A model generated the notes under the pieces. The model made no database searches. It was not told the DNA's origin and saw only the letters and a program-made list of their open reading frames with translations. A DNA stretch of 64,000 bases from Podospora anserina (lineage: Eukaryota): assembly GCA_017654855.1 (NCBI GenBank), contig CM030338.1:3472001-3536000 (forward strand), given 5' to 3'. A program made the translations under genes and the position numbers. Of this stretch, positions 1 through 11,949 are shown piece by piece. Every line of letters starts with the position of its first letter. Position 1 is the first letter of the stretch.

Positions 1-596
1 CGAGCTGCACCCGTGCCCCAAGAGCGCGCCGCAGATACCATGATGTGTGTACAACAAACAGTGGGAGTGTAGGTACTTTTGCTGCTTTCCCCTCTGTCGG
101 GCACGCTCATTCATCCAGTTCATGATGCCTGAGATCACCATGCCATCCATGCCGGCCGACCACCGGAGATTCCTCTTCCTGTCCAATTGCGTGCAGCATG
201 ATTTGTTGGCGACGCTCCGCACACCGTCACCACATTGGGTACAAAGGTGTGTGGGCAGGGTGGCAGGTCCCCATCCATGATGCCGGGAGGCCCAGCGCAC
301 GTCATGTGGTCCCACGGGTGCCGCGGTAAAAAAAGACGTGAAAGTTCTTTTTTCCAATATCGCTCTCACCCAGAGGAGTCTCACCGCAACACCGGCAAAC
401 GCACCGCATGCAAATTGGGGGCAATAAGAGCCGCCTTTTGCCTTGCAATTGCCGCCGCCGTCGCGGCCGTGATCCTATCACCAGTGAGTTGGGCTTCCTG
501 CAGCCACAGGGGGGGAAAGGAGCGGAGCAATAAATTGCTAAGTACCATGGCGCAATGCTGTCGACGCTGGCCATCCCGGCAGCCGGGTTCTGGAGT

Positions 597-610
597 CGCG
601 AATATTCGCG
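597..610. promoter_or_regulatory. Perfect 14-bp palindrome CGCGAATATTCGCG, a possible dimeric transcription-factor site
   Basis: Self-complementary sequence read directly in the long region upstream of con7; function is inferred only. Confidence 0.3.
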
Positions 611-3600
611 TGCCTGCCGCGAGAAATTTAGCGCAAATGCTTCCCAGTTCGGGCAATAATTTTCACCCCTCCAGGGAGTCGGGACGAGGACCCCACAAAG
701 GACCCGGGCCCCAGCATGCAATCCCGCCCTCCCCCCATGTTTCGCCGGCTCTGCTTGAATATCGACAGCTGCGCTGTATCGACATAAAGCGGTGATGCAA
801 GCATGCGCGTGTGATGATCCTGGAGAGTGTCATCGGCTCTTCGAAAAACCACAAAAAGAAACGTCGAGTACACTACCCAAAAGTGCATGTAGCTGGAAAG
901 GATCAGCCGCCCCTGACAGAAATACCCGTCTCGTCGTGAAAGCTTCCGCAAACAGAACAGCTTTTTGTGGCGGCTGCTGCCATGCTTTGGTGCCAGATTC
1001 GCGAGCCCAGCCTTTTCCTGCGACATAAAAGGTCAAGCGTTCTTTTGCTAGTCAGGAACGTCTGTGTATTCCCGCTTCCTAGTAGGTCGCCTTTATGTGT
1101 CGAACTGGGATGTGGGAGCCGAAGCCGTCTCTCGGCCGAGGGGCATTCCATTTTTCTTTGAAAGCATGGTCCGGCCCGTTCATAGCGGCCATTTGCGGGT
1201 GGTGCTCGCCCGCACCCCGCCCCCTTGGTTACTCTATCTCCTGTTCGGAGTACTGCATAGGTGTCTGTGGCAACCCTGGCGGTGGCATTTTTTTTGTATT
1301 TTTTTGTATTTGCTTTCGTTCGTATTCGAATGCATCTCTCCCACCGCTCTTTCTATTGTGGTGTCATGTCGATTGCCATCCCGCTTACTCCCACGCAACG
1401 TCCAGCTCACTAAGATCACAATGTGAGCCCTTCGGCCCGTGTTGCAGATGAGGAGCCACAATGAACTGGACGGAGATCGAACGAGAATAAAAAACTGGCG
1501 CATGACAAATTAATCTTGTCTGCTTTCTTCAACGTTCCCACAGGCCCGAAACGTTCTTAAGCTGTTCGATATCGGAGTTGACCTGGCCAGCACGTGGCGA
1601 ACCTGATAACCTACATTTAGGTAAAAAACGAATGTTTCTTACTAACGGCCTGGAGTGACCAATTTGTTCAGTCATACTTTGATCTCAATTCAATAATTTG
1701 ACGGGAAGAGTCGGGTGTCCTTTCAGCCAACCATCGAGCAAAGGTCAGTCCAAAATTCCATTGCATGGTGATTCTGTCAAGCCGCCCCAGATGGCAGTCG
1801 AGGTTCCAGCCAGTTGCCACGACTACCCTCATCGTCGGAGCCGCTTCTTTGTGATGTTCTGCTGAACTGAGGCTGGCAATCTGATGCAGCCGGTGGCTTG
1901 GACTCCTCGGCATCAGGCATTGGCACCGTGCCCCTCCAAGACATCACACGCGGTTTTAGTGTGATCCAAACCACCGGGTCGGTTGAGATCTGTCAACTTT
2001 GCCCTTGACAGATCATCTCACTAACTGCTTTTAGCGACAACCTCATGTAGGTTTTGGGCCGACCATAAGCTGGCCTTTATCGTACTTGAGTATCAGTTGA
2101 TTTCTTCCTTTATTTCTTGTTACTTCTTTGCTTCTCTCGCCCGCTCTTTTGCTTCCAGCTAACCACCGGCCGCCCATCCAAGACACCTGGCAACAAAAGC
2201 ATCAGGTTCTGTCGCATTCAGCTTGTCTCTGTCTGGACGTGACTAAAAACCTGTGTTCTAGACCGCCTCTAGAAGCCCCTATCAGCTCTCAAACTCCCTC
2301 GCACAACCTTTGGCCCGTGATCAGGAAGCAGCTGTGTGTGACTTGTCAGTTATCCGAGTCAAGTTCTGCTCTTCCCTCTGAGCCAATATTTAGCCCAGAT
2401 CGGCGCTACTGGGCAGCACAAGCATACAGCAGTGATCGCAATCGCCATTGCCGGTTTCCCTGAAACTGGCGACGGTGGAGGATGGGGTTGGTGGAGAAGA
2501 GCCATGTTTGGCCAAGCTCACCAGCTGAAAGCAAGGAGTCGTTGGCTAGTAATAAGCTATCAACAGGTGATGCTCACACCTTGCTTCACAACCAAGTCCT
2601 GTCGTTACGAGGTCGGACAAACCTGCCAGACACAGCGCTGTGGCTTGTAGGCAGTCACATTCATGTTTATGTCCCCGGACGGGGTGTCTTCTGGATGTCA
2701 GCGATGCCTTCTACGATTTTCCCGGCGTGGCCGGTCAAATCCCCGATTAGTGCGCAAGCTATTTACGTTCGCGACGGCATCACACCAGGCACCCCAGCTG
2801 CCCCGGATTTTCGCTGCTCTGAAAATCAAGCTTAGCACGCTAATTTAGTTTCGCCACAACACCCCAAGTGCGAAACCTTAATTCAACTCACTCCCGCCCG
2901 CTGGTGTCCACGGAGCCACGGTTGGTTTGTCCCGCTACTCGATCAAGAAACATGGACGGCTTGAAACGCATATCGCAGGGCACTTCGGAACTTTGGCCAC
3001 GAGATGGGATGCTGTCTGTGGTTCTGATTTGGCAGAGATGAGGACGTCTGCTTACACTATGTCTCGGGAGAACTTGGTGCCAGGTTACACACCACACCGA
3101 TCAGTGCTACTGCGTAGGTTCTCTCGGTTCTTGGCTCTTCTTTTCTTCCGCATTTTCTTCTCGCAGATTTCCCATGCTGGCCACGCGGTCGGAGATGGCC
3201 ACCGCGACGTAACCTCCCAGACGCTTCGCCTGTAAATACAGCATTCATGCCATGCACACTGGCGGCGGCCGCTGAAACTGGGGCCTGGCAAAACAGACGA
3301 AGCACGTGGCATTCCCGAGGTCCGCCGTGTGCTTACTATGTGTGTGACTGTGTTCTTGCGCCGCACAATATTGCGTTGAACCGATGATGCTTCGAAATCC
3401 CAAAAACTGCTTGTGAATATCGATCGGCGGGAAGCTCTTCTCAGAGATCAACTCATCACCTTTCGATCCATCGGGCTAGTGCGGAATTTGAATAAGTTGC
3501 GAAGATCCTCGCTTAATGGCTTTCCCAACTGATATTTTTCCAGCCACCTCTTTGGAACCACACAGTGTTCCGCACATGGCAGCGACTGGACCCCGGAATG

Positions 3601-6156
3601 CAATGCACCAGCCCAGGGTTACTCTGCAAAGCCATGTTTCTTGGGGTGAGCCGCGCTCCTACCCTATTCCAGATAGTGTAGTCACCTTCCCTAGCATGTA
3701 GCAATTCCTTCACTTCGGAACCTGGGTTTCGAGAAGATCATGGTTTTTTTCGGGCAAGACAACATAATGAAGCGTGGAAACGAGATGGTGGGTAGAAAGA
3801 GAGCAAAGGTCAATGCTGAATTCTTGATCGATGCAGAATGCAGCATGCACAGATACCTGCACATACTCGGCATATTCATTCACGCAGAACCAGCCCGTCA
3901 CATTACCCGTCTCTTTGCCACACCTTGCACACCACACAACCTGGACCTCTCTGCCGCCACTTCCCTCTGGATTTTTTATCCCCCATTAGTAGGAGCAAAG
4001 AGGGAAAAAAAAACAACGGCCCATCGGCAGGATTTGCGAGCTGGTTGCCCCCCATTCTTTTTGGCAGTTGCCCTTCTTGTTCGACCCACCATTCCGTCCC
4101 AAGCGTGTCAAAAAAGCACAGACACGCTGCAACCTCTCCGAACCACACAAACACTGACCACAACTTAACATCTGCATACATTTACCACTTCCTCACTGTC
4201 CGCTGAACCGCTCGGAGGAGGGCTTCTTACGTGCCGACAGCCTGCAACACTACCTCCAACCAGGCTCAGCATCTCGGGCCACAGATTGGACTTGACGGTC
4301 CCTCACCAGCAAGAGGTTCGAGCCACGAGTCATTAACCCGCAGCTGGGCATTGAGGGGGGGGAGCTCAGCAGGAGGGCACATCCTGGCAGGCAAATCCAC
4401 CTGAGGTGGGCTCGCACCAGACCAGGAAGCCGGGGTTGCATGGGCGATTGGTTGGCTGCCCACTTTTTTTTAGCTGAATTATCCTGCGGCTTCGATAAGA
4501 GAAAGCGCAAACCCTGGGGGCAACCTGGACAGTCGCTGGATCATCAAAGGCCGAGGGTCCCCGAAGGCGAAAACGATTACCTATTGCCCGCCTTATTTCA
4601 CCGGAAATCGTAGAAACAGCCGGTCGCCGTGTGTTGTCGACGGGTAACGAGAAACGGGAGGCGGCCAGAAGCCGGGAACTGACAACAACAAAAAAACAAC
4701 AAACCCCGGCCCGTACTGCCTTTTGACCGCACACTCCGCAGTAACCTACCTGGGTATCATCAGTCAGTCCCCTGTCCCGATCACTTGTGGGCTGGTGGGG
4801 ATTCCTCGTTGCTCCAGGTCGGCTGGTGTCCCATTCTGCTGCTGCCCAGCGTTCAGCAACCGCAAGCACCCATTCGCAAGGACCCCAGCATCTACACTAC
4901 ATACATACCAAACATCGGCTCAATTCACGCAGTGCCTGCCTGTTGTCTGAGGTGGCCTTCCAAAGCAAGCCACTCCATACGTGAGAACTCGCCTGGACCA
5001 CGCGTCAAAAAAGACAAAAGACAGCAAGCAGTACACGCCTCTGAGGACATCTCAACAGGCCTTCAAGGTCAACTAACATATTGTATTTACACCTTCACCG
5101 ACTTCCAGTAATTACCAGCCATTTTGTGCAGGACGTGCCTGCCCAGGCTCAGCACATCCTCCTCCACACGGGCTCCACTCATCTTGTCAACGATTCGAGA
5201 ACGTCAACCCCTCCCTCTCATTCACTTTCGTCCACGCGCACCATCACAGTGGGTAGCCTGAACTGGGGTGACCACCCCTTCATCTGTTGCAACTGGAGAA
5301 TTATACCGGCCCTGCTAGGTTTGGACCATACAGCTTACCGGTACCCCATCTATCTCATTTCCCACTCACCACACCTGTATAAAATTCGCGTCCTCCCGCA
5401 CTAAGCTCGATATTCCCTCGCGCATTTCTCTGGAGGGCGGCTCCCGACTTCAGTCTGCACATCAATCAGCATCTGGAACGTGCCTCTCTTTTCGCAGAGG
5501 CGACAGGCTTCATCACCACACAGCATCCTCCATCATCACAAGCTGTTACATACATCAGCGACGACAAGCCGCCGTCGTCGATCAACAGAGTCAGTCCTCA
5601 GCAAAGCACAAACCTTAAAACAGACCCATCAAGCTATCCCGTACTGTCGAGAGGGAGAGCCACTTTTCTAGCCCTTTTAGCGCCTTCGCCCTGAAAAGAG
5701 AATCGTGCAGTGGCAGAGGGAGAGAGGCACTGGGCGCATTTTAGCCAAACTTTTTTTTCCGCCAAGGGTGGATCTCTTGAAAGTCAGAACCATCCTTGTC
5801 TGGTGACTGGATTGATCTGCTTGGTGGACGCCTATCAACAAGCCCCCATCGAGTCAAGTACAAGGACCCTGGTTCTGCGGAGTCCCCTCAGAGCTACCAA
5901 GAGGAAGACCGTCTGGGCCCAACAAAGCTAAATAAGAGCGCCAGCATCGCCGGTCCTCGAGCTATCAGGTGCCGGGTCATCGACGATTCATCAAGGCTAC
6001 AGCCCTCTACCCCTTGTCTGTCTGAACGCCTTAATACATTGTTCCCGCCGCCGCCCGCTACTTGGGACGAAAGCAGCCATCTTTCAATCCGCCAGACCTC
6101 CCGCTTTACGCCTCCACCAGCAGCTCGCTTCACGCCGATTCCACCCAGACGGGAGT

Positions 6157-7906
6157 ATGCTTAGGGAGCTTCCACCACAGCAGGCTACATCGCTCCCCCG
6201 CCCTGGCCAGGAACAGCTGCCAGGCAAACAGCATATGGAACGCACTGCCGACTATTCAGGTTTGCCATCGCCTTATCCTAGTACCGTCGGCGACGCCCAA
6301 TCTGAGGCCTCTTCTGTAGATCCTGCTACGGTTGCATCAACAACATATTCTCAGCAGCCAGAAGTGAGGTCAGCAACCGCGTACCCGGCAGCAGGCACGC
6401 CAACTTCTTCAGAGTACAGCGTGTATCCTCCTCACTCGGCCCGGTCTGCCAACGGCACTTTTCCGGACACCCATCTCCAGCGTTCCTACCACCCGGCCAG
6501 CAACCACCAAGGCAGCAGTGGAGGTATGGCGCAAACACCAACCAGTCCGTTGCCTTTACAAGATGGGCGTAGCCATCACAACCCGCAGCAAGCCAGATCT
6601 GACAGCGGAGTACCTATAGATCCATCAATCGCCGCAGCAAGCCCGACGACGTATTCTCATCCGCAATATTCGCCCTACGCCGCTCCCCATCAAGACATGT
6701 CCCACCAATACGCCCACTCGGGTGTTTACCAGACAAGTCGACCAGATTGGGCCACCTATCAGTCCCCTGGCGGGGTTATGGCCGGAGGCCACCACGCTGT
6801 CTTCGCCCCATCAGCATCGGCAGCTGCTCAACCACGACCTAATCAGGTGAGTTTGGTGTGTCTTCCTTTCCAGAACAGCACTTCGCGCTCGAAGAGATGC
6901 GGCGGGTATGGGACCATGGTGTGTTTTTTTGGGGGGGTGGGAGGACGCTCCGGCATCGGACTCTGCTGGTGATCTTGTTGTCTGTGGAATCGGCGTGGCT
7001 CCACTTGTAAGCAGGCAATCAGGGGTTTGGAGGGGGGTCGAGAACAACGATCGGAATGGCACAGAGGTTGAAAGATTGGGAAACGACAGCTTGCTAACGG
7101 CTGTGGCGCAGGTGTACTCATTCGTGCCAATTCCGGGCGCGCAACAACATAAGCGCCCTCGGAGAAGATATGAAGAAATCGAGCGCATGTATAAGTGCGG
7201 GTGGAATGGGTGCGAAAAGGCCTATGGGACACTCAACCATCTCAATGCGCATGTCACCATGCAGGGTCATGGAAACAAGAGGACTCCTGAAGGTATGTGT
7301 GTCTTTTCATTGTGTTGCTCAATTTAGTGCCGCACCAGCGCGCGCTTGTTTTGGTTTCCCGAGTTTTGGTTCCCTTTGGCGTTGCGTCCTCGCGGGCTAG
7401 CGCTGGGTCGAACCGGCCTGTTGGTATTCAATAACAACGCCATGTCCCGACTGATAACTAACTTGTGCGCCTCGTAGAATTCAAGGAAATACGTAAAGAG
7501 TGGAAGGCGCGCAAGAAGGAGGAGGAAGCTCAAAGGAAGGCGGAAGAAGAGCGCCAACGCCAGGCTGCCGCCTCCGCCGCTGCTGCGCAAGGCACGGCGG
7601 ATTCCTCCGTCGCCGACGGTGCCCAACCAGCCACCACATATTCGGGTTCGAGGGCCGTTCAGCTCCCGCCGATTGGCTACGGTCCTGCTCAGTACCCTGC
7701 CCCTCCTTCGGCGGGCATGCAGCAGCCCCTTTCCGAGTACCAGAGCGCTGCTCACGTCTACCCCAGCTACTCGCCCCCTACGTACGGTCAAACATCTCAG
7801 CCAATGTATAACCAGCGTATGTAACCCTGATCGGGCATGCTGTCGGCAATGTTGCATTCTAACACACTGCTTTGCTGAAGACAACGGCGGCCAAAACAAC
7901 CACTAG
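6157..7906 (+). CDS. con7: C2H2 zinc-finger transcription factor, Con7 type (~411 aa); exons 6157-6846, 7112-7292, 7478-7816, 7881-7906
   Basis: Exon 2 encodes VYSFVPIPGAQQHKRPRRRYEEIERMYKCGWNGCEKAYGTLNHLNAHVTMQGHG, followed by EFKEIRKEWKARKKEEE, the signature of Con7-family factors. Three GT..AG introns with branch points; the spliced length (1236 nt) is in frame. The start codon is the first ATG after a long ATG-free stretch. Confidence 0.9.
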
Positions 7907-10900
7907 AGGGAGGAGGCTTTGCGATGGAGTGGAGCAGGTTATGACGATGGCACAATGCCACCATGGAGCTGAATGCTCGAGATACTCATGGCGTCATGTC
8001 TACACTTCGTGCCGTAGAGCCGGTCGAAAGGAAGCGCCGATATGGCTTTACTTTGATTTTTGTGGAGCGTTCACACAAGCTGCCGATAATTTTCGAGGTC
8101 GGCTGACGAGGATAGGGGGGCTAGGTTGGTATCGACAGGTTTGGTCGGAGCGGAGCATTTACAAAGTCATGGCTGTCTCGGAGCATTGGGTTGAAGGTGT
8201 TTGTTGTGGTTCTTGTGTTGTTGTTTTTGGCAACCTTCCCGCGCTAATGTTATCTTACCAAAACTGTATACTTTCTGGGAGGGTTGCGAGACCTCTTTTT
8301 CATTTTTCGGTTGTGGAGGAAATACCCCGGGGATGGAGAATGCTTGGTTGGCGGATGTGTGGAGTTGTCTGTGTCTTGATTGAATTCTCGCTTATTGTTT
8401 ATGTCTACATATCTATTCTTCTCTTTCCTGCACATCAAATCAAATTGAGAGCGGGGGGTGTTTTGCGAGTTTGTTTTGCAAGGCTTTGAAAGAAAGATTA
8501 TAGAGATCAGGAAATAGGGAAAAGGAGGTATGGGAGGTGCGTGTTGGCAGTCGGTGAAAACGAGAGAAGGATGGGTGATGGCTTTGTGCGTTGTTGAGTG
8601 AGGAGCATGGCACAATGCTCGGAACAGACGCAAGCAAAGGGTGGAGAGCAAGGAAAAGGCGTGCATAATTAGATCATGCTGGGAGGTGCCTTTGTCACTG
8701 ACTACTGGCATTGCCGCCGACGATCAGCCCTGGCAACTGGAAAGCCGTTCCCTGGATTGCTCGTGGTGCGGCTTCGCCAGCAGGCAATGGAAAAGGTGCG
8801 GTTGCATATGATACGGCGACCGTCCACCTACCCAAGCATTTGTTACGTTATATAAGCACGCCGTGGGATGGGCTCTGACTTGGTATGGGAAAAAACCAGA
8901 CCAGGCTCATGTCCACATACATACGAGGCGAGGAAGAGGAACATCCAACCGCCGCCCCCCTCTCAAGAAGCAGAGCGGAACTTATCTAGAAACTTGAGGA
9001 TCAAAATTGTAAAACTCAAACAAACAACAGCCAAGCGCTCTACCTTCCCGTTCTCTGATCTTTGTTCCTGTGTTGTGTAACCCTTTTGGCATGAACTTTC
9101 CATGTGCGATGCTGCTGCAGCTACCGCCCGAACCTTTTTAGTTTATTCTTCTAGAAGACGAACACGTTCCCACTGTTGAGAAGGTGCCACAAACGGCGGG
9201 ATGCAGTTGTAGGACGAGAACTTCCTCGAGGCGGCAGGTGGCCGAGAGCAAAAGGGCAGGTATACAGAAGTACCGGTACTTGCGAGGTACAAGACCTTCC
9301 TTACCTGCCCTGTCTTTGTATCTGTGGACGAACTTGACGCCATGGCCGGGGTGACCCCTAGCGATTAAGCTGTGTTGTAACGTTGGGATGTTTAGTCTCG
9401 GTGGCGGACTGCCCGGCCATGCATCGTCAACGGTTTTTGTTGAGTTGTGGTTTTTTTTCTTCCTCAGGGGTAATAACGTTTAGTGTGCTGCCGACGTTTT
9501 AAATTATTACGGAGAATACTGGCCAGTTAACTGAGTGGAAAATGTATATATACATTGCAGTCATTTTGACTGTTCTTCTTCTTCTTCTGGAAGAAGGGGG
9601 GGAGTGGTTGTCAAAACTGAGTGAACTGCGACAGGGGGTTGCTGTTGGGATGACGCAGTTGCTTAACTAGCGTTGTGTAACCACACTTTTCTTTTCTTCT
9701 TTTTCTTCTTTGGCATTGGGGGGTTTAATCGGGCCGGCTCGGGAGGTTGTCTTTCGGGAGCGGGCCGGGAAGGGGAGGGATGGATGGTGGAATAATTTAA
9801 CGAAAACTAAAAGTTTGTTGATCGACGGTTTTCTCTTCGCCAGGTTGGTGTACAGCAGCAAAGCCTGTGGGTTACATGAACGCTGCCGAGGACGAGAAGA
9901 AGATGCGAGGCAGATGACTTGCTTTTTGGGTGACACTTGTCATACTTTGGTTGCTTGAGAAGAAACCGGCTGGGATGGAAGGGGGGGAAGAGGGGGGGGG
10001 GGAGATACCGGAAGAGAAAGAAGGGGGGGGGCTGGGAGCTATACTCACTTGCTATGCAAAGGTTGAAATAAGCAGCTTTTTGCTCTTCCCGAGTGCCAGC
10101 CTGCCGGGAATGATCTGACGAGAAAAGCGAATGCTACTGTACGCGCAGGAAGCAGCACACATGCTTGCTGCACATATCCCACCCGGCACATGACGACAGG
10201 ATGGGGTGACAGTGCAAGAAACATGGAAGCATGACGGACATGGATTGTCGGAATCTGCCAGCCAAGGACCAGGACCGGGACCGGGACCGGGAAAAGGACC
10301 GACATGTTGGAACCCAATTGACTGGAGCCGAGGGAGAGCAGCCGGGGCGGGTTGCAGATACGGATAATCACAAAAAGGGGACCCGATGACTCTCGTTTAA
10401 ATCAACTACATGCTGCAGTCAGTGGGCTCGGTGTGACGGTTGCTACCTTGCTGTCCCGTAAAATGCTCGAGGGCAGTGCCTACCTAACCTCCATGTGCCC
10501 TGCAGCATGCCAAGTGTTGTGGCCCGTTGGGAAAGCAGTGGGTGATACTGTATGGATGGATGATGCTGTGCATTGTGCAGGTACGTACGACCTGACACTG
10601 ATACAACGGGCCAGATAACCAGACCACAGGGCTCGTTGATAGATAACTGTGCCGGGGAGACAGGACAAGGAGTTTTCTCAACCGCACAGCAGGGGGGAAA
10701 ATACGAGCAGTTGGGCAACGTTTGACCTGACTCTTCTCGTTTCTCTCTTACTCTGTTGATAGGGAGTAGGTAATGTAATGTACTGTACCTACCTTAACCC
10801 ACCACCACCAAGACTTGGTTGCATATGCACTCCATCGGTTCAGTCTCTTTACCTTAGCATTCCTTCGCTCCATTCTGGTGCCATCCATGCCCCATGCCTG

Positions 10901-11648
10901 CCACGTTTTGTGATGGTTGCGTCGCACAGGGCTAAAAAGCCTAGTGAGAAAAAGGAAAAAAGACTTGTTTAGCTCCCTTTCCGTTACCATCTGGCCATCC
11001 CAGCCCGTCCCGCACACTACCGCAGGGTCCGTCATACCGGCGCACTGGAACCGGGACGGGACGACATGTTTTAGAGGGAAGCTGAGGTGAAGAGCCCGTC
11101 ACCCAAGTTTGGCACTAAAAGGCCGCGGCTCCGTACGGGCTGCACTGTGCGCGCTTGTTTGCTTAGCCTCGTCCGCCCCCCTCCCCCCCAAGCCCGGGCG
11201 AGCGGGCCTGTCCCTGGTTGACTTTTTGACGATCGCCCCGTGCGCTCCCCCGGATCAACGGTCAGCGGGTAATCATCCCGTCCCGTGCCGCCGCCGCGGC
11301 TCCGCCCCATTCCCCCGCACCCACCTCCACTTTGCAGACGGAGGTGGCTTGCTTTTGCACACGCGATGCCCGGGTCTAGGAATAATAAGAGCAATTACGT
11401 GCATGGGTTCTAAAAAGAGGAAGTCAAATGCGCCAAGTAAAAGACGAGTCTAGCGCAGCCAATTCATGCAGCTTGTCTTCAGTTTGGCCGTTCCACCACC
11501 ATGTACACAACTCAGCTAGAGTCACTATCTATTCGCAGAGACAAAAACAACCCGGAAAACTATTTGCAGCTCTACCTTGAAATGTTGACAGCCTTTCGGT
11601 TTGCGGATGACAGCCAGTGATCAGCTTGAAAGTGCAGCAATCTGCAGC

Positions 11649-11650
<2 letters not shown>

Positions 11651-11682
<32 letters not shown>
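11651..11682. repeat. (TG)16 microsatellite about 270 bp upstream of AAR2
   Basis: Perfect TG dinucleotide run. Confidence 0.97.
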
Positions 11683-11683
<1 letters not shown>

Positions 11684-11949
11684 AGACTGCCCAGTCATTT
11701 TTCGGTTGGCAGATTTCAGGAAAGGTTGAGGCACCAGCAGCTCACCTTAAAACCTTATATTCACACCATTTCAAGTCCTTCCCTCGCTCACCCACAAAAT
11801 AAAAATGGAATAACTTTTTTTTTGCAACGAAAGTATCAGATACCCCCTTCTCTGCAAGGCATTCCCCTGTTTGTGGCTGCCAGGAACGACACACCTTATT
11901 TCCAAATCCTCGGCTATCAACGCATATCAAGTCAACACCCTCTGACATC

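Noticed and set aside
1-4400. Many 60-190 aa ORFs upstream of con7
   Set aside because: No domain signatures or coding-like composition, mostly non-ATG starts; treated as non-coding.
5250-5292. 5S rRNA-like words GGGTGACCACC
   Set aside because: Only a short match; the rest of the 5S sequence is absent.
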